From NCBI GenBank assembly GCA_013697045.1, contig JACCXJ010000280.1:1-54451 (forward strand): a DNA stretch of 54,451 nt, read 5' to 3'. The DNA comes from Gammaproteobacteria bacterium. GTDB lineage: Bacteria; Pseudomonadota; Gammaproteobacteria; JACCXJ01. The position numbers and the translations under genes are program-made. The notes under the pieces were generated by a model, which saw only the letters and a list, made by a program, of their open reading frames with translations, was not told the DNA's origin and searched no databases. The first letter of the stretch is position 1. The number at the start of each line of letters is the position of its first letter. This document shows, piece after piece, positions 1 to 12,510 of this stretch.

Positions 1-19
1 CCGGCTACCCGATTAGATG

Positions 20-427
20 TTAGATGGCCCCGAGCGCAGCAAGGGCGGCTTTAACTTTGCTCTCGATCAAGTCGCGTACCGTCCGTAACTCGTCCTGGGA
101 GGGTTGCTGGAGGTCCGGGATGTCCCAGTCCTCCCACCGCTTGGCATGGATCATCGGGCAAGCATCGCCGCAACCTATCGTCGCCACGAGGTCATACTCC
201 ACGTCCGGAATCTCGGCGAGCGACTTCGACGCATGGCGACTCAGGTCGTACCCCAACTCCCGCATCGCCTCGATGGTCTTCGGGTTAATGACTCCGGACG
301 GTTCGGAGCCCGCACTATGGGCCTCCACGCCCGCTCCGCCGTGAATCCGAGCGAACGCCTCGGCCATCTGGCTTCGGTTTGCATTTTCGACGCAGACGAA
401 CAGCACGCGCTTAACCGGAACGCTCAT
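20..427 (-). CDS. arsC: arsenate reductase, low-molecular-weight phosphotyrosine-phosphatase family (ArsC-like)
   Basis: ORF 20..463. P-loop VLFVCVENANRSQMAE (CX5R-S) plus distal GCGDACP. The ATG at 427 has AGGAGG 8 nt upstream and forms an ATGA overlap with the upstream ORF. Confidence 0.7.
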   Translation of the reverse strand: MSVPVKRVLFVCVENANRSQMAEAFARIHGGAGVEAHSAGSEPSGVINPKTIEAMRELGYDLSRHASKSLAEIPDVEYDLVATIGCGDACPMIHAKRWEDWDIPDLQQPSQDELRTVRDLIESKVKAALAALGAI

Positions 428-648
428 AAGTGCGCCTCCTCGACGGGAACCGCCCGGCCGCAACCGGGCTCTCGGATGTACCGGCAGGCCCGGACTGCCA
501 GACCCGCGCCGAGGGTCGGACCGGCCAGATAAACGTCGGGGCCAGACTCATTGGTGATCTTGCAGCAAGCATGCTCAAGCAGGTCTCGCTCGAGCGGCGG
601 CAAGTCTGAGCGCAAAACAACGTCGTACTGTGGAACGAGAGAAGACAT
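424..648 (-). CDS. small Cys-rich hypothetical protein, translationally coupled to arsC
   Basis: ORF 424..681. The ATG at 648 is preceded by GGGAG. The stop overlaps the arsC start (ATGA). Cys clusters at HACC and ACRYIREPGC. No family recognised. Confidence 0.35.
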   Translation of the reverse strand: MSSLVPQYDVVLRSDLPPLERDLLEHACCKITNESGPDVYLAGPTLGAGLAVRACRYIREPGCGRAVPVEEAHL

Positions 649-809
649 ATGACTCCCAACGAAAGATTGGTTCAGAGCCACATATCATCGGACCGGATCT
701 GGGGTTTGTCAATCATCCGCTCCTTCCGCCGTTACGCACTTCACCAACGCCTCGTGTACGGCTTTTGTGACCCTATCACCGCCCGGCCCGTACGACGATA
801 CATTGCCTG

Positions 810-838
810 TTGACAACTCGCGTTGATATTCCTATCCT
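810..838 (+). promoter_or_regulatory. sigma70-like promoter upstream of the hydrolase gene
   Basis: TTGACA (810-815), 17-nt spacer, TATCCT (833-838). Confidence 0.4.
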
Positions 839-951
839 TACCAGGGAGAGATAGCGAGCGGTCCCGCCGATCGGCCGGGTCGGCCCACCCAACAAATTCC
901 ACTCACTTGCGTGGCCCCTCATACATCAGTTTTAATTGGATCCGTGCGATC

Positions 952-2079
952 ATGAACACCCTACAAGCCAAGAATACGAGCCTCTCAGTAACAGTAGTAG
1001 GACTATTAGCTCTGGTATTGATCATCGGTACACAGGCAGCGACAGCGCAGGAACCAGCCAAAGTATTGCTCCTACTCCACGGGATGAACTCCAGCCCTGA
1101 CACCTGGAATGACTTTGTCGCACTTAAGTTTAAGGATAGCTGTGCCATCATCGCAAATGGGGTTCTCACAGATAACCCCGCTCCTAATCTACAAGGCGTG
1201 CTGTGTTATCGGGTAAGATTTGGGAGCTTTGATTTGAGCTCGGGTCGGGTTGGGCTAGAGGGGATAACAGCAACCTCTTCTTCCTCAGGAGACTTCTCGA
1301 GCTTCAGAGATCTAGGTCGAGAAGTGAGGCGTGCGGTACGCGGTATTTTGGACAGGCATCGCAATGCTGAGACTGTATTGGTTGCCCACAGCCGGGGTGG
1401 CCTGGCAGCTCGCGCTTTTCTGCAACAACGAGCCGGCTTTCGGGTAAAGGCGAGCGTGGTCGGTTTGTTGACCACAGGGGCTCCGCACAGAGGAAGTCGG
1501 CTTGCCCGCTTTTACAAGTATTTAGAGGGCCATCCGCGAGGGAGTTGCTGTCAGGGTGACTGGAAGGTGGTCGACTTTTTGAGGGGAAAGAGGAAGTGCC
1601 GGGTTGGTCTAATTCGTATAGAGAATCCTACCCGGCTTGATGTGCGCCGGCCCACTATATCGGATTTAGCCGATGATTCCCCCGCGATTGATAAATTAAA
1701 CTCAGGCATTACCCTACTTCCCGCCGCCATCCAATACGGTCAGATCGTGTACAGGGGACTCGATCTGGGGATCCTAAAGACGGACATCCCCCTATTCGAC
1801 GATTATTCTATTTTTGGAGACGGTATTTGCGACCAGGTGTCAACTGAGGCCGAACGGTTTATGCTGGGTGACAATATGCCTAGCCAATACCCAGGCGATG
1901 GTGTCCTCCCGGGGGCAAGCCAACGATATTTCAACCTTCCACGTTTTTCCGGTGATCCCACAAAGCTCCATCGGCTTGGGGTGGATAGCGGAATAATGCA
2001 TACCGAAGAAACAGAGCAGGAAGCGCATATCTCCGCAGTGCTTGCTGCCATGATGGGTTCTTGGTGGACTGGCCAATAA
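952..2079 (+). CDS. secreted alpha/beta-hydrolase, lipase/esterase-like (Ser-Asp-His)
   Basis: ORF 823..2079 (TTG). ATG chosen at 952. Signal-peptide-like VVGLLALVLIIGTQAATA/QE. HG motif LLLLHGMNSS. Nucleophile elbow VAHSRGG, resembling Bacillus LipA AHSMGG. Candidate Asp in PGDGVLP and candidate His in GIMHTEE. Visibly lower GC than the flanks. Confidence 0.75.
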   Translation: MNTLQAKNTSLSVTVVGLLALVLIIGTQAATAQEPAKVLLLLHGMNSSPDTWNDFVALKFKDSCAIIANGVLTDNPAPNLQGVLCYRVRFGSFDLSSGRVGLEGITATSSSSGDFSSFRDLGREVRRAVRGILDRHRNAETVLVAHSRGGLAARAFLQQRAGFRVKASVVGLLTTGAPHRGSRLARFYKYLEGHPRGSCCQGDWKVVDFLRGKRKCRVGLIRIENPTRLDVRRPTISDLADDSPAIDKLNSGITLLPAAIQYGQIVYRGLDLGILKTDIPLFDDYSIFGDGICDQVSTEAERFMLGDNMPSQYPGDGVLPGASQRYFNLPRFSGDPTKLHRLGVDSGIMHTEETEQEAHISAVLAAMMGSWWTGQ

Positions 2080-2089
2080 GGGCCTGCGA

Positions 2090-3238
2090 GTGAAAAAGTC
2101 GGGGGTCCTGCTCGGTATCGCCAGCCTATTCGCAACGATGGTGTGGCTTTACCTTGGGGAAGAAGCTCCGCCAACGCCCGTCTCGCCTGTATCACGTCCG
2201 CAAACGGGTTCCGCTTATGGCCTTGCCTTCGATCCGGTTCTAGAAGGATCAAAACCATACTCTCCCGCGGCTCGGGGGAATGAGGGAGAAACTGCCGCGC
2301 GCGGTGGTGGTAAACCCTCTGCCGCGTTCGATAGTGTGGAGGCGCGTCAACGGCATTTTGACCGGCTGGTGGAACAGCCCGCCGACTCTCTGTGGAGCTA
2401 TTGGCAGCAGCTCTTGAACGACCACCAAGTGACTCAGCTAGAAATGGCCACCTATGCCTTGGCCCATAAGCTGCGCCAGGCTGGAAATGAAGAGATTTAT
2501 TCCAGTATCGCGGAAGTATTGAGAGAACCTTCGCTATCGACAGGCCAGAAAAGGTGGGTTGTTGATTTGCTTACTGAGACGGCTACCTCGGAGGCATTGA
2601 AAGTTGTATTGAACGAGGCTGTGAATAGCCAACCGTCTGCCCTACAAAGGCTGCTCTTGGAGAGCGTTCTCAAGATGACCAATAATCGCTGGGACGCGCG
2701 TTTCCATCCTGAATTATCGCCTGTCTTGGAAGAGATTTGGAATCAGCGGCCAGGTGACTGGGAGTTACTCGTAACTGTGGCAACAGGCATCGCCAACGCG
2801 GGGTCCGAACGCGGCGGCGCGTTGCTGCTGAGGGCGGTGGCCAACAGCGGTCCGACGGTAACGAAAGTAGAAAAAGGCAAGAACTTGCCTGCACTTGCCG
2901 CTTTGAGGGCGCTGAGAAAGATCCGAAATCCTGAGGTGGTGCCGATTTTGGCCAAGGAATTAACCCATGCTGATCTAGAGGATGTCGTATTCATAGCCAG
3001 CGGCGACGCCTTGGCTGCCATGGGTAGACCCGAAGCTACCGAGGCCCTGCTTGAATGGGCCAAACAAGCCCCTCGCGAAGCGACCCCGCTTGTGGAAAGG
3101 TGGTTTAGACAAATACGCGACAGCGTGTCCCTAGAAAGATTACATAAGGACTTGCTCCAGAATAAGCCATTCCGCAGTGAGCAAATCAAAGAAAAACTTG
3201 CTGTGACCTTGAAAGAGATTGAACCGGTTGTTGAATAA
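2090..3238 (+). CDS. membrane-anchored HEAT/ARM-like repeat protein
   Basis: GTG start 10 nt after the hydrolase stop. N-terminal hydrophobic anchor LLGIASLFATMVWLYL, then a Pro-rich linker (PPTPVSPVSRP). Helical repeats such as LPALAALRALRKIRNPEVVPILAKEL and DALAAMGRPEATEALLEWAK are typical of HEAT/PBS-lyase repeats. Confidence 0.65.
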   Translation: MKKSGVLLGIASLFATMVWLYLGEEAPPTPVSPVSRPQTGSAYGLAFDPVLEGSKPYSPAARGNEGETAARGGGKPSAAFDSVEARQRHFDRLVEQPADSLWSYWQQLLNDHQVTQLEMATYALAHKLRQAGNEEIYSSIAEVLREPSLSTGQKRWVVDLLTETATSEALKVVLNEAVNSQPSALQRLLLESVLKMTNNRWDARFHPELSPVLEEIWNQRPGDWELLVTVATGIANAGSERGGALLLRAVANSGPTVTKVEKGKNLPALAALRALRKIRNPEVVPILAKELTHADLEDVVFIASGDALAAMGRPEATEALLEWAKQAPREATPLVERWFRQIRDSVSLERLHKDLLQNKPFRSEQIKEKLAVTLKEIEPVVE

Positions 3239-3268
3239 AGAAATTCTGTTACGTCCGACAGAGCTAGG

Positions 3269-4618
3269 CTATTTCCCGATACAAAACGTGGAGAAGATTT
3301 CACCGAGGAGCTCCTCGCTGGTGAACTCGCCCGTGATCTCGGAGAGCTCTCGCTGGGCCATGCGTAGATGCTCGGCAATGATCTCTTCCCCGGCGCGGGC
3401 TTCGGCGGCGTCACGGGCGTCTCGCAGGGCGTCGCGTGCCCGCCCCAGGGCCCAGACGTGGCGCCGCCGTGCACTGAAACCCCCGGTTCCCACATCACTC
3501 AGCCCCGCGGCCTCCCGGAGGTGACGCTCCAGGAGTGGCAGCCCGGCGCCGGTCTTGGCGGACAAGTAGATGTGCGGGTATGCCGGACCGTGCTCGAGGC
3601 AGGGCGCCATGCCGACGAGGTCGATCTTGTTGTGGACCTCGGTCATCCGGCAAATGTGCCCGAGTGCCATCGCTGCCGTCCCCGGTTCCTGGGTCGGGTC
3701 CGCAGCATCACTCACCCACAAGACGTGATCGGCGCCTTGCACCACCGCTTCGGTCCGACGGATCCCCTCCTGTTCGATGGGGTCCTCGGTCTCGCGCACC
3801 CCCGCGGTGTCGAAAAGCTCTACCGCGAGCCCGTCGATGTCGAGCTGGACGTGGATGGCATCGCGCGTCGTGCCAGGATACTCCGTCACTATCGCGCACT
3901 CGCGGCGCACCAGCCGATTCAAGAGGCTGGATTTCCCGACGTTGGGGCGGCCGGTGATGGCGACCCGCGCCCCGTCCCTCAATACCTGACCCCGGTGGGC
4001 ATCTGACATGAGCCGGTCTATCCCGGTCAGGATGACGGACAGCGTATCCTCCAAGGCCCCGCTATCGAAGCTCGCCACGTCTTCTTCGGAGAAGTCCAGA
4101 TACCCCTCGATCCGGGCACGAAGCCTGATGAGGGCCTCCAGCACCTGCCTCACCCGCAGCGAAAATTCCCCCTGCAGTGCGTGGAGCGCGCCCTGGGCGG
4201 CTCGTGTGGTGAGGCTGCCGATCAGATCCGCCACGGCTTCGGCCTGAGTCAGATCGATCTTGCCGTTCAGGAATGCCCGTTCCGAGAACTCGCCGGGCCT
4301 GGCCAGCCGAGCGCCAAGGGCGCAGACGCGATCCAGGAGGAGACCCATGACGATCGGGCTGCCGTGACCTTGTAGCTCCAGGACGTCCTCGCCGGTGAAG
4401 GAATGGGGGCCCTCCAAGAAAAACGCCAGGCCCTGGTCCAAGGGTTGACCGCCATCATCGAGAAACACACGGTGGCTCACCCGCCGCGGGGTCAACGGGC
4501 TGCCCGTGATCCGCCTCGCGATGGTACGGACCAAGGGGCCGGAGACCCGGACGATGCCAATGGCACCACGCCCTGCCGGGGTTGCCACGGCCGCAATGGT
4601 GTCGAAGTCCGCGCGCAT
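3269..4618 (-). CDS. mnmE: tRNA uridine-5-carboxymethylaminomethyl synthesis GTPase MnmE
   Basis: 449 aa. N-terminus DTIAAVATPAGRGAIGIVRVSG, G1 motif GRPNVGKSSLLN, C-terminal CIGK. Confidence 0.95.
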   Translation of the reverse strand: MRADFDTIAAVATPAGRGAIGIVRVSGPLVRTIARRITGSPLTPRRVSHRVFLDDGGQPLDQGLAFFLEGPHSFTGEDVLELQGHGSPIVMGLLLDRVCALGARLARPGEFSERAFLNGKIDLTQAEAVADLIGSLTTRAAQGALHALQGEFSLRVRQVLEALIRLRARIEGYLDFSEEDVASFDSGALEDTLSVILTGIDRLMSDAHRGQVLRDGARVAITGRPNVGKSSLLNRLVRRECAIVTEYPGTTRDAIHVQLDIDGLAVELFDTAGVRETEDPIEQEGIRRTEAVVQGADHVLWVSDAADPTQEPGTAAMALGHICRMTEVHNKIDLVGMAPCLEHGPAYPHIYLSAKTGAGLPLLERHLREAAGLSDVGTGGFSARRRHVWALGRARDALRDARDAAEARAGEEIIAEHLRMAQRELSEITGEFTSEELLGEIFSTFCIGK

Positions 4619-4654
4619 AGGCGCACACGCGTGGCGCGGGGGCGCCTCAGAATC

Positions 4655-6316
4655 TCAGGATCCGGCGCCGGCCGGCGCAGGGCTGTCTCCATACTGGCGG
4701 TTGATCATCCATTGCTGGGCGATGGACAGGAGGTTGTTGACCAGCCAGTAGAGGACCAGCCCGGAGGGGAAGAAGGCGAAAAAGACGCCGAACACCACCG
4801 GCAGCGCCTGCATGATGCGTTGTTGGATAGGATCGGTAGGCTTCGGGTTGAGCTTGTACTGGATCATCATGGTTATGCCCATGAGGAGGGGCAACACGAA
4901 ATAAGGGTCAGGCGCCGAGAGGTCCTTGATCCAGAACCCGAAGCTCGCCTGGCGCAACTCGACGCTCTCGAGCAGTACCCAGTACAAGGCGATGAACACC
5001 GGGATCTGCACGAGGATAGGGAGACAGCCACCGAAGGGGTTCACCTTCTCCTCCTTGTACATCTCCATGAGGGCCTGATTCATGGCCATCTTGTCGTCCC
5101 CGTAGCGTTCCCGGAGGGCGGTCATGCGCGGGGTGAGCTTCTTCATCTTGGCCATGGATCGATAGCTCATGGCCGAGAGCTGGTAGAACGCCAGTTTGAC
5201 GAGGACCGTGACCAGGACGATGGCCCAACCCCAGTTGCCGGTCAGGCGATGCAGCTTCTCCAGTAACCAGAAGATCGGTTTCCCGAAGAACCACAGGACA
5301 CCGTAGTCGACGGTCAGCTCCAATCCGGGCGCCAGCCCTTCCAGGACGTGTTGGAGCTTGGGCCCGACATAGAGATCGATACCGGTGAAAGCCTCGCCTC
5401 CGGCCGGCACCTGCACCTCCGGTCCCAGCATCCCGATCACATAGCGATCGCTGTCCTTGGGGACGAGCGAATAATAATGGTAAGGGGTCTTGGGATCCGG
5501 TATCAGGGCCGCCAGAAAATAGTGCTGGAGGATGGCCGCCCAGCCGCCCGTGATGTCTCTGTCGATCGGAACCTCCACCAAATCGTCGTACTCGATCTTT
5601 TCGTAACGCTTTTCGGGGCTCGAGATAGCGACACCGGTATACGTGTAAATCATGCCGCTGCTATCCTTGGCGGTGTTTCTTTGAAGCTGCGCATACATGC
5701 GCCCGGACCAGGCTTCCGTGCCTTCGTTCTTGATCTCGTAGCGGAGATGGACCAGGAAGGTGCCGCGGCGGAAGGTAAACACCTTGCTGACTTCTAGCCC
5801 CTCCGGCGAGTGCCACCGCAGCGTGACCTCGAGCTGATCCTCGCCTTCTCTCAGCGCGTACTCGCTTGCCTCCGCCTCGTAGAGCGCGTGGTGATCCGGG
5901 GCTGGTTGGTTGCTGCGAAACCCGCTTTGAGTGACGAAATAGTGTCCGGCGGTATTGTCCAGGAGCACGAAGGGTTCGTTCGGTCTGTCGGCCGCCACCG
6001 GGTAGGTGGGTAGCTTGACCTGCTCCATGACCGCCCCTTGCTTGTTGATGGCGACATTGAGCACGTCCGTGCGGACACGGATCAACTGGGCCGGATCGGA
6101 CAGGGGCGCATCCGGCTGCGTGGTTCCCGGTGGCGTGGCAGCCGGTGTAGGTGCGTGGGGCACATCGGAGCGCTCTTTATCGGGCTTGTCAGGGGAGGAT
6201 TGTGTCGAAGAGGCCCCAGGGGCTTTCACTGTCCCGTAGTCTTTCTGCCAGGCTTGCCAGATCAGCAAGCACACGAGGCACAGGGCCGTTAGCAGTATGA
6301 GCCTGATATTATCCAT
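4655..6316 (-). CDS. yidC: membrane protein insertase YidC
   Basis: About 553 aa. Large periplasmic domain followed by conserved TM core (GWAIVLVTVLVKLAFYQLS, PFGGCLPILVQIPVF). ATG at 6316 (MDNIRL) overlaps the yidD stop as TGATG. Confidence 0.95.
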   Translation of the reverse strand: MDNIRLILLTALCLVCLLIWQAWQKDYGTVKAPGASSTQSSPDKPDKERSDVPHAPTPAATPPGTTQPDAPLSDPAQLIRVRTDVLNVAINKQGAVMEQVKLPTYPVAADRPNEPFVLLDNTAGHYFVTQSGFRSNQPAPDHHALYEAEASEYALREGEDQLEVTLRWHSPEGLEVSKVFTFRRGTFLVHLRYEIKNEGTEAWSGRMYAQLQRNTAKDSSGMIYTYTGVAISSPEKRYEKIEYDDLVEVPIDRDITGGWAAILQHYFLAALIPDPKTPYHYYSLVPKDSDRYVIGMLGPEVQVPAGGEAFTGIDLYVGPKLQHVLEGLAPGLELTVDYGVLWFFGKPIFWLLEKLHRLTGNWGWAIVLVTVLVKLAFYQLSAMSYRSMAKMKKLTPRMTALRERYGDDKMAMNQALMEMYKEEKVNPFGGCLPILVQIPVFIALYWVLLESVELRQASFGFWIKDLSAPDPYFVLPLLMGITMMIQYKLNPKPTDPIQQRIMQALPVVFGVFFAFFPSGLVLYWLVNNLLSIAQQWMINRQYGDSPAPAGAGS

Positions 6317-6546
6317 CAACGATCATCCTCACGAGCCGAAACGGGATCGTACCCGCCCGGGTTCCACGGGTGACAGGAAGCGATACGCCGAATGCCGAGC
6401 AAAAGCCCGCGGCCCAAGCCATGCGTCCGGAGCGCTTCGGCGGTGTATTGCGAACAACTAGGGACGAAACGGCAGCGGCGACCCAGGAGTGGGCTCAGGT
6501 AGCGGCTGTACCATTGAATAACCGATGCGAGGGGCATCATGATCAC
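6316..6546 (-). CDS. yidD: membrane protein insertion efficiency factor YidD
   Basis: 76 aa. [27 protein letters not shown]...HGL..G..LG..RI..CHPW..GGYDPV signature. Confidence 0.9.
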   Translation of the reverse strand: MIMMPLASVIQWYSRYLSPLLGRRCRFVPSCSQYTAEALRTHGLGRGLLLGIRRIASCHPWNPGGYDPVSAREDDR

Positions 6547-6592
6547 AAGGGGCGATCACAAAGGGCTATTACAGGGGCCGTCACCAAGCCGA

Positions 6593-7057
6593 TCACTGTG
6601 ACGCCGAAACGCCGCTGAGGCCGCGCCACGATCGTTCCAGCGAAATCAGGAATCGTGCATTGCTCGACTGACTGGCGGAACGACGAGCGATGACGACGAT
6701 ATCCCACCCGCTCAAGTGGGTCTTCCAGTGACGGAAACTCTCGCGCGCCAGCCGTTTCAGCCGGTTTCTGTCGACCGCGTGGCGGATCTCGCGGCGCGGA
6801 AGAGAGAGCCCGAGCCGCGCCCTTCGCAACCCATTGCGGAGCGCCAGCACCCGTACTTGCTCATCCGAGCGGCGGATCGCCGATCGGAAAACCGCCCCGA
6901 AATCCGCTTTTGTCCTGAGCCGACAGGCGCGTGTGAATGTGGCGCCTGGCTCGTCGCGTCTACCCCTCAGACGCCCAAGCGCTTGCGGCCCTTGGCACGC
7001 CTCGCCCTCAAGATCCTCTGCCCGCCCTTGGTCGCCATGCGCGCGCGAAAGCCACAC
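6593..7057 (-). CDS. rnpA: ribonuclease P protein component RnpA (start uncertain)
   Basis: Conserved core begins near [17 protein letters not shown] and includes [13 protein letters not shown]. The only ATG/GTG/TTG in frame is the GTG at 7057, which lies inside rpmH. See findings. Confidence 0.8.
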   Translation of the reverse strand: MWLSRAHGDQGRAEDLEGEACQGPQALGRLRGRRDEPGATFTRACRLRTKADFGAVFRSAIRRSDEQVRVLALRNGLRRARLGLSLPRREIRHAVDRNRLKRLARESFRHWKTHLSGWDIVVIARRSASQSSNARFLISLERSWRGLSGVSASQ

Positions 7058-7101
7058 CGGCGCTTACGCTTGATCCTGCTCGGTTGATAGGTCCTTTTCA
7101 T
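6967..7101 (-). CDS. rpmH: 50S ribosomal protein L34
   Basis: Hand-translated 44-aa ORF, below the ORF-track cutoff: [44 protein letters not shown]. Confidence 0.95.
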   Translation of the reverse strand: MKRTYQPSRIKRKRRCGFRARMATKGGQRILRARRAKGRKRLGV

Positions 7102-7372
7102 AGGAGTGCTCGTCGCTCACGGCGACCGGTTCAAGGCTTGGCCCCATGATCCACGTTGGCCCAGCCCTTGTCAATTTGATCCGGCGGTTTCGGGTGAGGT
7201 GGAGTGGCGAATGAGAGACCCCGGGTATAGACTCAGGGGCCTCGCAGCCGCTCGAGTAGGCGGCGCGAAGGTGCCGATCGACCGGTAGCCGTTCTATCGG
7301 CGCGGCGTGGGGAGCTGGGGGTCGACCACCCAGCGGTCTTTTTGGCACTTCACGAAGAGGGGATAATAAACC

Positions 7373-8704
7373 ATGGGAGGTTCTGTGTGGCAGCAGTGCT
7401 TGAGACGGCTCGAATCAGAAGTCCCGGCCCAGCAGTTCAATACCTGGATCCGCCCGCTGCAGGCCGTCGAGGCGGATCGGGCACTGACCTTGCTGGCCCC
7501 GAACCGGTTCGTGCTCGAATGGATCCGGGATCGTTACCTGAACCGCATCGTCAGCTTGGTCTTGAGCGTCGCGGAGGAGGGGGCCGTGGACGTGCAACTA
7601 GGGGTAGGGACCCGCAAGGGCATAGCCGATCCGCCAGCCCAAGCACGACCAGTGCGATCCCGCGCCGAAGAACCGGCTTCGGCCTCAAACGGACTCAACG
7701 CGGGCTTCACCTTCGACACACTCGTCGAGGGAAAGGCCAACCAACTGGCGCGCGCCGCGTCGGTTCAGGTCGCGGAAAACCCCGGGCTCGCCTATAACCC
7801 GCTGTTCATCTGTGGCGGGGTCGGACTGGGAAAGACCCATTGCATGCAAGCAGTCGGTAACGCGATCAGCCGCCTGAAGCCCGATGGCAAAATCGTGTAC
7901 CTGCATTCGGAGCGCTTCGTGGCCGAGATGGTCAAGGCGCTACAGCACAACCGCATCAATGAATTCAAACGCTTCTACCGCTCCCTCGACGCCCTGCTCA
8001 TCGACGACATCCAGTTCTTCGGGGGCAAGGAGCGCTCTCAGGAAGAATTCTTCCACACCTTCAACTCGCTCTTGGAAGGGCAACAGCAGATCGTCATGAC
8101 CTGCGATCGCTATCCGAAGGAGGTAGACGGGGTCGAAGAACGACTCAAGTCCCGGTTCAGCTGGGGTCTCACGGTGGCCATGGAGCCCCCGGAGCTCGAG
8201 ATGCGTGTGGCCATCCTGAAGAACAAGGCCACGCAGACCGGGATCACGCTCGGCGACGACGTGGCCTTCTTCATCGGCAAACGCTTCCGCGGCAATGTCC
8301 GGGAGCTGGAAGGGGCCTTGCACCGGGTCTTCGCCAAGGCCCGGTTCACGGGACTTCCCATCAGCCTGGACTTTGCCAAAGAGGCACTGAAGGACCTACT
8401 GGCCCTTCAAGACAAGTCCGTCACCATGGAAGGCATCCAGAAGGTGGTGGCGGAATTCTACAAGATGCGGGTATCCGATCTTTTGTCACGCCGCCGCAAC
8501 CGCTCGATCGTCCGGCCGAGACAGTTGGCGATCGCCCTCGCGAAGGAGCTGACGAACCACAGCCTGCCGGAGATCGGGGACGCCTTCGGCGGACGCGATC
8601 ACACCACCGTCCTGCATGCCTGCCGCAGGATCGAGGCGCTGCGCAAGAGCGATACCGGGATCAATGATGACTTCGTGACCTTGACGAGGATCCTGACGAC
8701 ATGA
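7373..8704 (+). CDS. dnaA: chromosomal replication initiator DnaA
   Basis: 443 aa. Walker [10 protein letters not shown], sensor/box VII region, C-terminal DNA-binding [19 protein letters not shown]. Confidence 0.97.
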   Translation: MGGSVWQQCLRRLESEVPAQQFNTWIRPLQAVEADRALTLLAPNRFVLEWIRDRYLNRIVSLVLSVAEEGAVDVQLGVGTRKGIADPPAQARPVRSRAEEPASASNGLNAGFTFDTLVEGKANQLARAASVQVAENPGLAYNPLFICGGVGLGKTHCMQAVGNAISRLKPDGKIVYLHSERFVAEMVKALQHNRINEFKRFYRSLDALLIDDIQFFGGKERSQEEFFHTFNSLLEGQQQIVMTCDRYPKEVDGVEERLKSRFSWGLTVAMEPPELEMRVAILKNKATQTGITLGDDVAFFIGKRFRGNVRELEGALHRVFAKARFTGLPISLDFAKEALKDLLALQDKSVTMEGIQKVVAEFYKMRVSDLLSRRRNRSIVRPRQLAIALAKELTNHSLPEIGDAFGGRDHTTVLHACRRIEALRKSDTGINDDFVTLTRILTT

Positions 8705-8715
8705 GCGGGATAAGC

Positions 8716-8760
8716 TGTGGATGACACGGGATGGCAGCGCCCGTCACGGTGTTATCCACA
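8716..8760. promoter_or_regulatory. DnaA boxes in the dnaA-dnaN spacer
   Basis: Perfect TTATCCACA at 8752-8760. TGTGGATGA at 8716-8724 is TCATCCACA on the other strand, one mismatch. An AT-rich stretch with a TAGAAT -10-like hexamer lies at 8829-8834. Confidence 0.6.
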
Positions 8761-8894
8761 CGCCATCCACCGCTTCGGCGTCCGGCACCAACAGCCTATC
8801 CTAAGGCTTGTGTCAATATAACTCGTTGTAGAATCTAGGTATTTTGCGGATTCCCCCAGAAACACCACCCCCTAGTAACAAGGATCTTTCTTAG

Positions 8895-12489
<3,595 letters not shown>

Positions 12490-12510
12490 GCCACGCGTCT
12501 CTGGCACGCG

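Noticed and set aside
7147-7366. Weak DnaA-box-like sites in the rpmH-dnaA spacer (TGATCCACG at 7147; TTATCCCCT, minus strand, at 7358-7366)
   Set aside because: Each has two mismatches to TTATCCACA, and there is no clear AT-rich unwinding element. This is not enough to call oriC here.
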